Positions 24,517-33,458 of a stretch of DNA of 64,000 nt are shown piece by piece. The notes below the pieces were generated by a model. That model saw only the letters and a list, made by a program, of their open reading frames with translations. It searched no databases and had not been told where the DNA came from. Position 1 is the stretch's first letter, and every line of letters starts with the position of its first letter. Source of the stretch: Eubacteriales bacterium (lineage in GTDB: Bacteria; Bacillota; Clostridia; Oscillospirales; SIG627). A program made the translations under genes and the position numbers. Where the stretch lies: contig JAZNRH010000099.1 in the NCBI GenBank assembly GCA_045590615.1, forward strand, positions 306-64,305. The letters are read 5' to 3'.

Positions 24517-27510
24517 TTATTCTGTTCTTAGAGCAACCACGGGATCCTTCTTGGCTGCGCTTCTTGAAGGTATAATTCCTGAAAACAAAGTAAGTATTAC
24601 ACTTATTATAACCAGCGTGCAAGCAACCGGGATTGGCAAATACGCATTGAGAGTCGCAATTCCCGTAAGAGAGTGAATAACGGCGTTAATCGGTACGCAT
24701 AACAGATAAGTCACCCCGACTCCAAGCAAGCCCGATGCCATACCTATAATGACGGTCTCGGCATTGAACATAAGAGAAACGTCTCTCTTTGATGCACCGA
24801 TTGCACGAAGTATTCCTATTTCCTTTGTTCTCTCCTGCACCGAAATGAGCGTAATAACACCTATCATAATAGAGGAAACAATAAGTGAAATCGCAACGAA
24901 GGCAATAAGGACGTAGGTAATGGTGTTGATTATCGTTGTAATCGACGAAAGCATTATTCCGATATAGTCGATATACTTGATTCGGAAAAGCTCATCAACA
25001 CTACTGTTGTATTCCTCGATTACCTCTTCGATTACGTCCTTGTTTTCAAAGCTTGAGGCATACAGATTTATGCTTGACGGAGAGTCCAGCGAAACATATC
25101 CGAGCGTCTTGAGATTTGCATCGTAGCTCGATTTTGAAAAATCCATAACGCCGTCGTAATAACGCACGAAGTCCTCGGTAGTGAAGCCCGAAACGAATTC
25201 ATTTAACATCGTTACAAGCTGAGGCGTTGGAAGTGTAGAAAGCTGAGATTTCACCTTTAGGGCATAGTCTGACCTCACCCTCTCGGAAATAGAAGCCGTC
25301 ATAAAGGCATCGAGGTCCTTGTCGTCCATCGAGCTAACGTACTCTCTCACCTCGTCCTCCGAGCTACCCATTTCCGAAACGATAGCTTCAACGATAGCGT
25401 TTTCTATATCCTGCCTGGTCATAACTCCAAGCATTCCCTCTACCTGCGCGCTGACGAAGGCTTCGTCGGGAATTGCCTGAATTCTGATATAAAGCTCTGC
25501 CTTCTCGGTGTCGTTGAGCTTTTCGATATAAGACTTGAACTCCTTCTCCTTGATTTCGGGAGTAATTGCTGCAGAATCACGGAAGGGCTTGCCGGTGAAT
25601 ATATCTTTGCCCTCATTTTCAAGCTGTGCCTTGACAGCAGATGAGCTGCTTGTGTTTTCAATTATATATTCGGTCAAAAGAGAGGTGTAAGCTATTGAAC
25701 CCGTAAGGAGCATCGTTGAGCTGTCCTCGGCAGGACGGATTACACCTACTACCTTAAGAGGAATTGCGTTTGCATAGAGATATCTCAACCCTGCGTCCGA
25801 CTGTCTCATATCGGTGTAAAGCCCCGTCGACTCGTCAAGAGTATAGCAGGACGAATTGAGAACGGCACGATATTCCTTGTCACAGATTTCCTTGTAGCTC
25901 CAGCTCCTGTCATTATAGTCAAGCTCGGTTTTTTCGGTTGCAGACCGCACTATTTTGCCTGCATCCTCCTCGGAGGTAAGACCGAGTGCATAAAGTGTCA
26001 TATCGTCAAGCTCGTTGTTCTCGTCAAGCACGAGAACAACCTCGTTATAGCTGTTAGGCCAAGCTCCGTAAACCAGCTCGTACTGCTCTGTTATAAGCTC
26101 GCTGACAGGCGCTCCGTTTTTGCCCGAAAGCATTTCCTGCCAGAGCTTTACTCCGTCCATACCGGCAAAGCCACTCATTGCCGAGCCACTCGAGGCAAGC
26201 TGGTCTCTTGCGCTGAGCATAGTCGAAAAATCTACACCCATATGCTTCAAAATCAATTCCTGAAGCATCGTTTGAGTGTCGGAATATATGATTTTACCGT
26301 CGGGACTCTCGGTATAAACCAAAAGCTGAATATCATAGGTGTACTGCACTCCGTTGAGCGCCTCTGCAAGCCTTGAATCAGGCTGACTTTTTTCTTTTTC
26401 AATAAAGCTCTTGAACGCCTTCAGGTCATTTTTCTCTGCCTCAAGGTTGTTCATTGAGCTAACCATATTATAGATTGCAGGCTTTACGTAAACTGCATCG
26501 AGCTCGTGCTCGGCATCTCCCGACGAAGCTCCCATAAAGGTTTCTATCAGGGTAGACATATCCATTACCGAAGCCTCAACACTCAAGGGATATGAGGACA
26601 GAGCCTTTTCCTGAACCTCGTCAATATAGGTTGTAAAGCCCTGAGAAAGTGCGTAAATCAAGGCTATTCCAATAATACCGATTGAGCCAGCAAAGGCTGT
26701 CAGAATAGTTCTGCCACGCTTTGTTATAAGGTTTTTAAGAGAAAGTCCAAAAGAGGTTTTCAAAGACATCGACGGCTTTTTTACTCCCTTGAGGCTTTCA
26801 GAGCTCTTACTCTCCTCGTCGGACAAAATCGGATTTGAATCGTCTGTTATAACTCCATCGAGCATCTTGATTATTCTCGTTGAATAACGCTGAGCAAGCT
26901 CGGGATTATGAGTAACCATAATTACGAGGCGCTCGTGAGAAATTTCCTTTAGGATTTCCATTACCTGAACGCTGGTCGCAGTATCAAGAGCGCCCGTCGG
27001 CTCGTCGGCAAGAATTATATCGGGATTGTTCACAAGCGCTCTTGCAATAGCAACTCTCTGCATCTGACCACCCGACATCTCGGAGGGGCGCTTGTAAATC
27101 TGCTCCGAAAGTCCAACCTCATCAAGCGCCTTTTTGGCGCGCTCTCGTCTCTCTGACTTGCCGACTCCCGAAAGAGTAAGGGCAAGCTCAACGTTTTGCA
27201 AAACCGTCTGATGTGGAATGAGGTTGTAGCTTTGAAAAACAAAGCCGATAGAATGGTTTCTGTAGGTGTCCCAATCCCTGTCGCTGAAGCTCCCGGTCGA
27301 TTCCCCGTTAATTATAAGGTCACCCTCGGTGTATTGGTCGAGTCCACCAATAATATTAAGCATAGTAGTTTTGCCACAGCCCGATGGTCCGAGGATTGAA
27401 ACAAATTCGCTTTTTCTAAATTTCAAATTAATTCCACGAAGTGCCTCAACCTTCAGGTTGCCTGCAGGATATTCTTTTTTAATTCCCTTCAGTTCTAACA
27501 TTATTATCAC
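24517..27510 (-). CDS. Fused ABC transporter: ATP-binding domain plus MacB/FtsX-type permease with a very large extracytoplasmic domain (997 aa)
   Basis: Walker A GPSGCGKTT, signature LSGGQMQRVAIARAL, Walker B IILADEPT. TM1 at ~268-292, ~560-aa non-hydrophobic region, C-terminal FtsX core (QERTKEIGILRAIGASKRDV plus 3 TM). Start could be M1 or M4. Confidence 0.85.
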   Translation of the reverse strand: MIIMLELKGIKKEYPAGNLKVEALRGINLKFRKSEFVSILGPSGCGKTTMLNIIGGLDQYTEGDLIINGESTGSFSDRDWDTYRNHSIGFVFQSYNLIPHQTVLQNVELALTLSGVGKSERRERAKKALDEVGLSEQIYKRPSEMSGGQMQRVAIARALVNNPDIILADEPTGALDTATSVQVMEILKEISHERLVIMVTHNPELAQRYSTRIIKMLDGVITDDSNPILSDEESKSSESLKGVKKPSMSLKTSFGLSLKNLITKRGRTILTAFAGSIGIIGIALIYALSQGFTTYIDEVQEKALSSYPLSVEASVMDMSTLIETFMGASSGDAEHELDAVYVKPAIYNMVSSMNNLEAEKNDLKAFKSFIEKEKSQPDSRLAEALNGVQYTYDIQLLVYTESPDGKIIYSDTQTMLQELILKHMGVDFSTMLSARDQLASSGSAMSGFAGMDGVKLWQEMLSGKNGAPVSELITEQYELVYGAWPNSYNEVVLVLDENNELDDMTLYALGLTSEEDAGKIVRSATEKTELDYNDRSWSYKEICDKEYRAVLNSSCYTLDESTGLYTDMRQSDAGLRYLYANAIPLKVVGVIRPAEDSSTMLLTGSIAYTSLLTEYIIENTSSSSAVKAQLENEGKDIFTGKPFRDSAAITPEIKEKEFKSYIEKLNDTEKAELYIRIQAIPDEAFVSAQVEGMLGVMTRQDIENAIVEAIVSEMGSSEDEVREYVSSMDDKDLDAFMTASISERVRSDYALKVKSQLSTLPTPQLVTMLNEFVSGFTTEDFVRYYDGVMDFSKSSYDANLKTLGYVSLDSPSSINLYASSFENKDVIEEVIEEYNSSVDELFRIKYIDYIGIMLSSITTIINTITYVLIAFVAISLIVSSIMIGVITLISVQERTKEIGILRAIGASKRDVSLMFNAETVIIGMASGLLGVGVTYLLCVPINAVIHSLTGIATLNAYLPIPVACTLVIISVILTLFSGIIPSRSAAKKDPVVALRTE

Positions 27511-28150
27511 CTTTCATTCTATATATGACGACGTATGCAATCGCACACAGTGGAAGCGCAAGAAAGACGTCCCAAACCGAATGCTGCTTAAGAAACACGG
27601 TTGAAAGAGAAATCACAACGGTAGTCAACACGGCGTATACCCTCCAGCCCTTCGCCGAAAAGCACTTTGAATCAAGCATTCCGAACATTGCGGCAAACGA
27701 GCCGATAACGTGAATTGAGGGACATACGTTGGTGTTGGTATCAAAATTATAAAAGTGAGATATAAAGAGGGTAAATATATTGTCTCTTTCAAATTCAACA
27801 GGCCTGAGATTCTGACAAGTGGGAAATAAAAGATATATCACCATCGTAACCGAATAAGTAACAATTATAAAATACATCATTCTGCGAAAGGCTGGAATAT
27901 CGAAGAAAAACAGATATGCAAGCGTTCCCACAAGAAAGACAAACCAATACATATAAGGAATTACGAAAAATTCGCAAAACGGAATTAAATCGTCAAGTGG
28001 CGAATGCATCGGTATGTAAAAATCCACCTCATATATTCTCTCTACGAACAAGAACATTATTCCATAAATTACCCAAAAAATCAATAACTTTATGTGACTA
28101 AACTGTGGCGAATTTATTTTTGAGAACCGAAATTCCTTGTAATTTGTCAT
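27479..28150 (-). CDS. PAP2-superfamily membrane protein (lipid phosphatase / phosphotransferase-like)
   Basis: Six hydrophobic segments. PSIHV and KQHSVWDV motifs spaced as in PAP2 C2/C3 motifs. The 3' end overlaps the ABC gene start. Confidence 0.6.
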   Translation of the reverse strand: MTNYKEFRFSKINSPQFSHIKLLIFWVIYGIMFLFVERIYEVDFYIPMHSPLDDLIPFCEFFVIPYMYWFVFLVGTLAYLFFFDIPAFRRMMYFIIVTYSVTMVIYLLFPTCQNLRPVEFERDNIFTLFISHFYNFDTNTNVCPSIHVIGSFAAMFGMLDSKCFSAKGWRVYAVLTTVVISLSTVFLKQHSVWDVFLALPLCAIAYVVIYRMKGDNNVRTEGN

Positions 28151-28152
28151 TT

Positions 28153-29241
28153 TTACATCCTTTTCAATGCTTCATATATTAGTCCCTGAGGGTTTAACGG
28201 AGCAATTGCAGCGAGATTTGCCGACATTTCCCCGAGTCTTTCGGGCGACGAAAGCAACGATACAATGCTATCGAAAAGCACTCCTATATCCTCGGCAGAC
28301 ACTGCGCAGTTTCTTGACACAAAATAATTTTTATTGTGCTCCTCACAGCCTGCAACTGTATTTATAAGTGCCATGGGAACAGCCATTGCCATAGACTCGC
28401 TCGTGCTTATTCCACCCGGCTTTGTAACGAACAGGTCTGCCGACGAAAGAAGGTCAGACACCTTATCGGTAAAGGAATAAATCCTGAAGCTCTTATGCTC
28501 GGAAAATTTATCCGAAAGACTTTTATAAAGCTTGTTATTGCTCCCACATACTATACTCACAATATGCTCTTCACCAAGCGTGTCTGCAAGCATTTCTGCA
28601 AGCTCCTCAATCGGACCACAGCCCATACTTCCACACATCACAAGAACGTGTGTTGTGGATTCGGGTATGCCAAGCTCACGCCTTGCGTTTGTATTCTTGG
28701 AAAAAAATTCGCGCCTTACAGGTATTCCACTTTCCACAACGCTCGTAATTCCATTGTCTGCAAACTCACCCTTCAAGCCACGGGGAACAAAATAAATATC
28801 CATTTTGGACTCGGAAACGCTCGGAGCGCAGGTATAGTCTGTTGCAACAAAGGCTGTTTTGAAGCTGTAGCTACACTGTCTTTTTGCTTCGGCAAGAATT
28901 AAGGAGGCAAGAGGGTGGGTGGAAATTACCACGTCGGCATCTGCGATTTCATGCGATAAGTCCTCTGCTCCCTTTTTTAAGCACCTTGAAACAATCGACC
29001 TTTCCTCAAACACCGACGGATTATTCTCGCAAAAACGGTAGCCCTTGTCAAACGCCTTGGGCAGATGTCTGTATATTGCTGAATGGCTTTTTGCAATCAG
29101 GCTGGAAAACCTTTGCGAAATAAATGAAAATGCATCGAGCACCCTTGAGGTCTCAGAATTCAGTAAAAGCTCCTCGTTTATGGCATCTGCCACCGAGTTG
29201 TGCCCCTGACCCGTATTACAGCTAAGAATTACAAATTTCAT
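28153..29241 (-). CDS. UgtP / MGDG-synthase-family glycosyltransferase (diacylglycerol glycosyltransferase-like, GT28)
   Basis: MKFVILSCNTGQGHNSVA, ATDY, GIPVRREF, VTKPGGISTSES parallel B. subtilis UgtP (ILTANYGNGH, TDF, GIPIRPQF, ITKPGGITLTEA). Start at ATG 29241 forms an ATGA overlap with the upstream stop. Confidence 0.8.
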   Translation of the reverse strand: MKFVILSCNTGQGHNSVADAINEELLLNSETSRVLDAFSFISQRFSSLIAKSHSAIYRHLPKAFDKGYRFCENNPSVFEERSIVSRCLKKGAEDLSHEIADADVVISTHPLASLILAEAKRQCSYSFKTAFVATDYTCAPSVSESKMDIYFVPRGLKGEFADNGITSVVESGIPVRREFFSKNTNARRELGIPESTTHVLVMCGSMGCGPIEELAEMLADTLGEEHIVSIVCGSNNKLYKSLSDKFSEHKSFRIYSFTDKVSDLLSSADLFVTKPGGISTSESMAMAVPMALINTVAGCEEHNKNYFVSRNCAVSAEDIGVLFDSIVSLLSSPERLGEMSANLAAIAPLNPQGLIYEALKRM

Positions 29242-29708
29242 TTTACCGTCTCCCTTTGCATACGCTCTAACAGTCTTTCGAGGCGTGGCCTTTCGTAACG
29301 CTGGATTATGATGTACGGCAGATTTCCTAAAAAATACAAAATGCTCACCACAACTCCACCAAGCCCCTTCCATATAAACACTGCACCAAAGCCAAATAAT
29401 AACAGCCCAACGTGTATAACCTCGGCTACGCAGGTTTCCATAAGCATATCCTCTACGACCTCTTTTTTAGGCCGTGACACCATTTCTCGCTTGGTTATCA
29501 GCCCGGGAAAAAGCTTACTCATATCAAGAAAGAACTTCTGCCACATTTTTACCGACATACGCTCGTATATTTCCCCGTTTTTTTCAAAGCTGAACTGACG
29601 GTAGGGATATTTGCCTTTTTTGAACATTCTCTTCGGCAACAGCCTACCCGTAACAAAAGCTATTATTCCTATTATGGCAAAATAAATAATACATTTAATT
29701 GCGCTCAT
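29238..29708 (-). CDS. Small membrane protein resembling glycosyl-4,4'-diaponeurosporenoate acyltransferase (CrtO-like)
   Basis: 156 aa. N-terminal TM, central ETCVAEVIH and C-terminal IIIQRYERPRLERLL resemble, from memory, the E-T-x-x-A-E-x-x-H and QRYNRPRL motifs of CrtO-family proteins. Confidence 0.5.
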   Translation of the reverse strand: MSAIKCIIYFAIIGIIAFVTGRLLPKRMFKKGKYPYRQFSFEKNGEIYERMSVKMWQKFFLDMSKLFPGLITKREMVSRPKKEVVEDMLMETCVAEVIHVGLLLFGFGAVFIWKGLGGVVVSILYFLGNLPYIIIQRYERPRLERLLERMQRETVK

Positions 29709-29726
29709 AATAACCCTCTCAAAACA

Positions 29727-30779
29727 TTATTTTGTAAATATTACTCTGAATTCTGCGCCACCACAGGTTCGGTTATTGACCTCTATTTCAGCTCCGATTT
29801 TTGCGCAGATCCGGGACACAAGGGCAAGACCGAGACCGTTACCCTCTTCTCTTCTTGACGAGTCGCCCTGATAAAAACGCTCGAAAATATGCTCGATATC
29901 CTCACTCTTTATTCCAACTCCACTGTCAGTCACCGTAAAAACGACCCTATCGGCTTCTTCGGTAAGATAGATTCCGACAAATCCGTTCTGAGTATTGAAT
30001 TTTATAGCATTTGCTATCAGATTGGTCCATACGTGGAAAAGAAGTCCTCTGTTGCCGACCCACACGACACTCTCAAGTTCTATATCAAAATCAATATTTT
30101 TTTCGGTCCACTCCTTTTCAAGCGAAAAAATGGATTGACGGATTTCCTCATCGAGCCTGAACTGCTCGTCGTGATTGGAAATCGTTCCGTTTTCTACCTT
30201 CGAAAGAAGCAAAACGTTTCTCACAAGCTCCGAAAGCCTTGCCGTGCTCACCCTGATTTTTTCAACGTACTCATCTCTTTGCTCGTCGCTGAGTGTCTTA
30301 TCCTGAAGAAGAGTAGCATAGCCTTCTATGGTAGCAAGAGGCGTCTTGAATTCGTGCGAGACATTTGAAACAAAATCATTTTGCAAAAGCTCGGTGCTTT
30401 TCAGCTCCTTAGTCATACGATTGAAGCTGGCGTAAAGCTGTTTGGTTTCCCTTACTGCCCCCTTTTTGTCAAAATGTATATCAAAATCTCCCTCTGCTAC
30501 CCTCATCATTGCATGGCTCAGCTCGGTTATTGGATTGAGCAAATAATATGTGATGACGTATGTAACTATTCCACCGATTGAAACTGCAAGAATAAGCACC
30601 CAGATAAAAGATGGTAGCTTTACAACGGCTGTCGGAATAAGGGCGGCTATACCGTTTGATAAAAGGGTAACGAATAACAGCTCAATAAATATTACGAGCA
30701 TAAAAAGAAGCCTTATAGAAAACCTTGTCTTTACCTCTATTTTATTCTTCTTTTCGCTTAATTTGAATACCTCTTTCAT
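29727..30779 (-). CDS. Sensor histidine kinase, intramembrane-sensing type
   Basis: Two TM helices separated by ~9 residues (PTAVVKLPS), HAMP-like linker, H-box SHEFKTPL, N/G boxes (NLIANAIKF, DSGVGI, GNGLGL). Confidence 0.9.
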   Translation of the reverse strand: MKEVFKLSEKKNKIEVKTRFSIRLLFMLVIFIELLFVTLLSNGIAALIPTAVVKLPSFIWVLILAVSIGGIVTYVITYYLLNPITELSHAMMRVAEGDFDIHFDKKGAVRETKQLYASFNRMTKELKSTELLQNDFVSNVSHEFKTPLATIEGYATLLQDKTLSDEQRDEYVEKIRVSTARLSELVRNVLLLSKVENGTISNHDEQFRLDEEIRQSIFSLEKEWTEKNIDFDIELESVVWVGNRGLLFHVWTNLIANAIKFNTQNGFVGIYLTEEADRVVFTVTDSGVGIKSEDIEHIFERFYQGDSSRREEGNGLGLALVSRICAKIGAEIEVNNRTCGGAEFRVIFTK

Positions 30780-31447
30780 AGCTTTTCCACCTTATATCCC
30801 ATTCCTCGCATTGTCACTATTTTGAAATCGGGGTTATCCCTGAATTTTTCTCTCAGCCTTCCTATGTGCACGTCTACCGTATGAGTATCGCTTTCGGTAT
30901 CATAACCCCACACATCGTCCATCATCTGCTGACGGGTAAAAATCCTGCCCGAATAGGATGCCATTTTATAAAGAAGCATAAATTCCTTTTGAGGCAAAAC
31001 AATTATCTTATCCCCACTTTTCACGCTGAGAGAATCGTATTCCATAACGGTTGAGCCAATTGTCAGACGTCTTTCATGAATTGAATTTGCCCTTCTGAGT
31101 AGTGCACCCACGCGCAAAACCATTTCGTTGATATTAATCGGCTTGACCATATAATCGTCACCACCCAGCATAAAGCCTCGTCTCATATCGTCGAACTGGT
31201 CTTTTGCCGTTATTATAAGTACAGGGAGCTCGCTATTTGTTTTTTTCAGCTCACGAACAAGCTCGTAACCGTCCATTACAGGCATCATTATATCCGAAAT
31301 GACCAAATCAAAGCGTTCTTTGTCAATTTGCTCAAGAGCCTCCTGACCGTTTGATACTCCTTTTACAACGTATCCACTCTGTTCAAGTACTTTTTCGTAA
31401 AGATTTCTCAGCTCTCTGTCGTCCTCAGCCACAAGTATTTTGAACAT
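30776..31447 (-). CDS. OmpR/PhoB-family response regulator
   Basis: Receiver domain (ILVAEDD, DLVISDIMMP, ITAK) plus winged-helix output (LPQKEFMLLY, VDVHIGRLREK, GMGYK). ATGA overlap with the kinase gene. Confidence 0.9.
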   Translation of the reverse strand: MFKILVAEDDRELRNLYEKVLEQSGYVVKGVSNGQEALEQIDKERFDLVISDIMMPVMDGYELVRELKKTNSELPVLIITAKDQFDDMRRGFMLGGDDYMVKPININEMVLRVGALLRRANSIHERRLTIGSTVMEYDSLSVKSGDKIIVLPQKEFMLLYKMASYSGRIFTRQQMMDDVWGYDTESDTHTVDVHIGRLREKFRDNPDFKIVTMRGMGYKVEKL

Positions 31448-31479
31448 TTTTACACCTCTTCATTCCATATTATGCTAAT

Positions 31480-31509
31480 ATTGTACACAGTTTACACCCA
31501 AAAAATCAA
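31480..31509 (-). promoter_or_regulatory. Candidate promoter of the response-regulator operon
   Basis: On - strand: TTGATT (31509-31504), 18 nt, TACAAT (31485-31480). Confidence 0.35.
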
Positions 31510-31548
31510 CTCAGCATAAACAATTTGAAATAAAATATAATTTTTTAC

Positions 31549-31577
31549 TTGACTTTTTTATTATCTGATGTTACACT
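31549..31577 (+). promoter_or_regulatory. Candidate promoter of the SGNH hydrolase gene
   Basis: TTGACT (31549-31554), 17 nt, TG-t-TACACT (31569-31577). Confidence 0.4.
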
Positions 31578-31608
31578 CGTCTTAAAGTAATCTAACTTGG
31601 AGTGTAAT

Positions 31609-32256
31609 ATGAAAAAAATCAAACTTCTATTTCAAGGCGACAGCATAACAGACGCAGGACGCGACAGAGAGGACATACATAATCTCGGATACGGATACCC
31701 GAAGTATGCCGCAGAAATTCTCAAAAAGAATAACCCCGACATTGAATTTGAATTCGTTGATTTAGGTATCAGTGGAAACGAAGTAAGCCATGTGCTTGCA
31801 AGAATGGAAAAAGACATTATAGACATTCAGCCTGATATTGTTTCAATCCTTTTGGGAATAAACGACGTTTGGCACTATGCCGAAAAGAAAAATTGGATTG
31901 ACAACACTGAATTTGAAAATGATTATCGCACAATACTCACGGCTATAAAGGAACGCACTAATGCTAAAATTATGATATTAGAGCCCTTCCTCGGTCCTGT
32001 TGAGGAGAAGGCCGGCTTCAGAGAGGACCTTCCCATCAAGACCGAAATCATAAGAAAGCTTGCACGTGAATTTGCCGACGAGTACGTTCCTCTTGACGGT
32101 CTCTTCGCATCTGAGTTTATCAATCACAACCATCTCGATTATATGAGAGACGGAGTTCACCCAACCAACATCAGCAACGCAGGTATTTCTACGGGATCAG
32201 AATTTTTAGCAGGTATCTATGCAGAGTATATGCAAAGAATAATTGACAGAATGTAA
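31609..32256 (+). CDS. SGNH/GDSL-family hydrolase (lipase/acylhydrolase)
   Basis: Block I FQGDSITD, block III GINDV, C-terminal DGVHP. Start at ATG 31609 with GGAG RBS. Confidence 0.8.
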   Translation: MKKIKLLFQGDSITDAGRDREDIHNLGYGYPKYAAEILKKNNPDIEFEFVDLGISGNEVSHVLARMEKDIIDIQPDIVSILLGINDVWHYAEKKNWIDNTEFENDYRTILTAIKERTNAKIMILEPFLGPVEEKAGFREDLPIKTEIIRKLAREFADEYVPLDGLFASEFINHNHLDYMRDGVHPTNISNAGISTGSEFLAGIYAEYMQRIIDRM

Positions 32257-32311
32257 AAAACTGATGTTCGCTAACGCTCACGATTTAATAAGTAGACTTT
32301 GCTTGTAATAA

Positions 32312-32349
32312 AAATCAGCTTGTAGCAAAATGCTACAAGCTGATTTTTT
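32312..32349. terminator. Bidirectional terminator between the SGNH hydrolase gene and uxuA
   Basis: atcagcttgtagca (32314-32327) / tgctacaagctgat (32331-32344), flanked by aaaa and tttttt. Confidence 0.75.
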
Positions 32350-33397
32350 ATTTCTTGATTGCCTTTTCACAAGCCTCAAAGAGTCCGTTGATATAGGTTG
32401 CACCCAGTGCTCTGTCATAAAGTCCATAGCCCGGCTTGCCCGTTTCTCCCCATATCATTCTTCCGTGGTCGGGTCTTACGTATCCGTCAAAGCCTGTTTC
32501 TACAAGAGCCTTAGTAATCTCGTACATATCGAGACTTCCACAAGCAGAGAGGTGTCCGCTTTCTTCAAAGCTTCCGTCGTCCATAATTGCGATATTTCTC
32601 ATATGCATAAATGCAATTCTGTCCATTGCAGAATACTTTCTGACCATTGCAACCGTATCGTTGGTCTTAGCGCAACCGAGTGAGCCTGTGCAAAGGCAAA
32701 GGCTATTTGCAGGGCTGTCAACTATTTTGAGCATTCTGTCAAGGTTAGCCTCGCAGGTGATTATACGGGGAATACCGAAGATTGAATATGGTGGGTCATC
32801 GGGGTGAATTGCCATTCTTACTCCACATTCCTCGGCAACGGGTATAATCTTCTTGAGGAATTTTTCAAGATTTCTCCAAAGCCCCTCCTCACCGATTTCG
32901 CCGTAAGCAGTTATAAGCTCACGAACCTCCTCCTGCGAATAGCTCGAGTCCCAACCCGGAAGATGAATATCGTCCTTGAGGGGATCAAGGTCCTTCATCT
33001 GTTCCCAATACATAACAAGACTCGTTGAGCCGTCGGGAGCTTTCTTGTCAAGCTGTGTTCTCGTCCAGTCAAAAACAGGCATAAAGTTATAAGTAATGCA
33101 CTTTACTCCGTATTTTGCGCATCTTCTTATATTCTCGCAATATACGTCGATGAGATGGTCTGCATCTTCTCTGCCGAGCTTGATGTTCTCCGGAACGGGA
33201 ACTGACTCTACGATATCGAAAATCAATCCGTTTGCTTCTACCGTCTCCTTCATTTTTTTGAGGCTCTCCTCGGGCCACACCTCACCGGGCGCAACGTCAT
33301 AAATTGCGCTTACTACCGAACGCATACCCGGAATCTGACGGATATACTCAAGTGAAATGGGGTCGGATTCGCCATACCAGCGAAATGACATTTTCAT
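32348..33397 (-). CDS. uxuA: Mannonate dehydratase
   Basis: N-terminus [24 protein letters not shown] and overall length are typical of UxuA. Confidence 0.9.
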   Translation of the reverse strand: MKMSFRWYGESDPISLEYIRQIPGMRSVVSAIYDVAPGEVWPEESLKKMKETVEANGLIFDIVESVPVPENIKLGREDADHLIDVYCENIRRCAKYGVKCITYNFMPVFDWTRTQLDKKAPDGSTSLVMYWEQMKDLDPLKDDIHLPGWDSSYSQEEVRELITAYGEIGEEGLWRNLEKFLKKIIPVAEECGVRMAIHPDDPPYSIFGIPRIITCEANLDRMLKIVDSPANSLCLCTGSLGCAKTNDTVAMVRKYSAMDRIAFMHMRNIAIMDDGSFEESGHLSACGSLDMYEITKALVETGFDGYVRPDHGRMIWGETGKPGYGLYDRALGATYINGLFEACEKAIKK

Positions 33398-33412
33398 AAT
33401 TGTTTCCTCCTA

Positions 33413-33448
33413 TTTTATAAAAAAGGCTGACTGCGAAAGTCAGCCTTT
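33413..33448 (-). terminator. Terminator or attenuator between the GH2 gene and uxuA
   Basis: On - strand: AAAGGCUGAC / GUCAGCCUUU stem with 7-nt loop, then UUUUAUAAAA. Confidence 0.6.
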
Positions 33449-33458
33449 CGTTTTCGTT

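Noticed and set aside
31569-31575. TGTTACA heptamer shared between the SGNH-hydrolase promoter region and the S-layer promoter direct repeat
   Set aside because: It is a single copy that coincides with the -10 region, so a chance 7-mer match is the simpler explanation.
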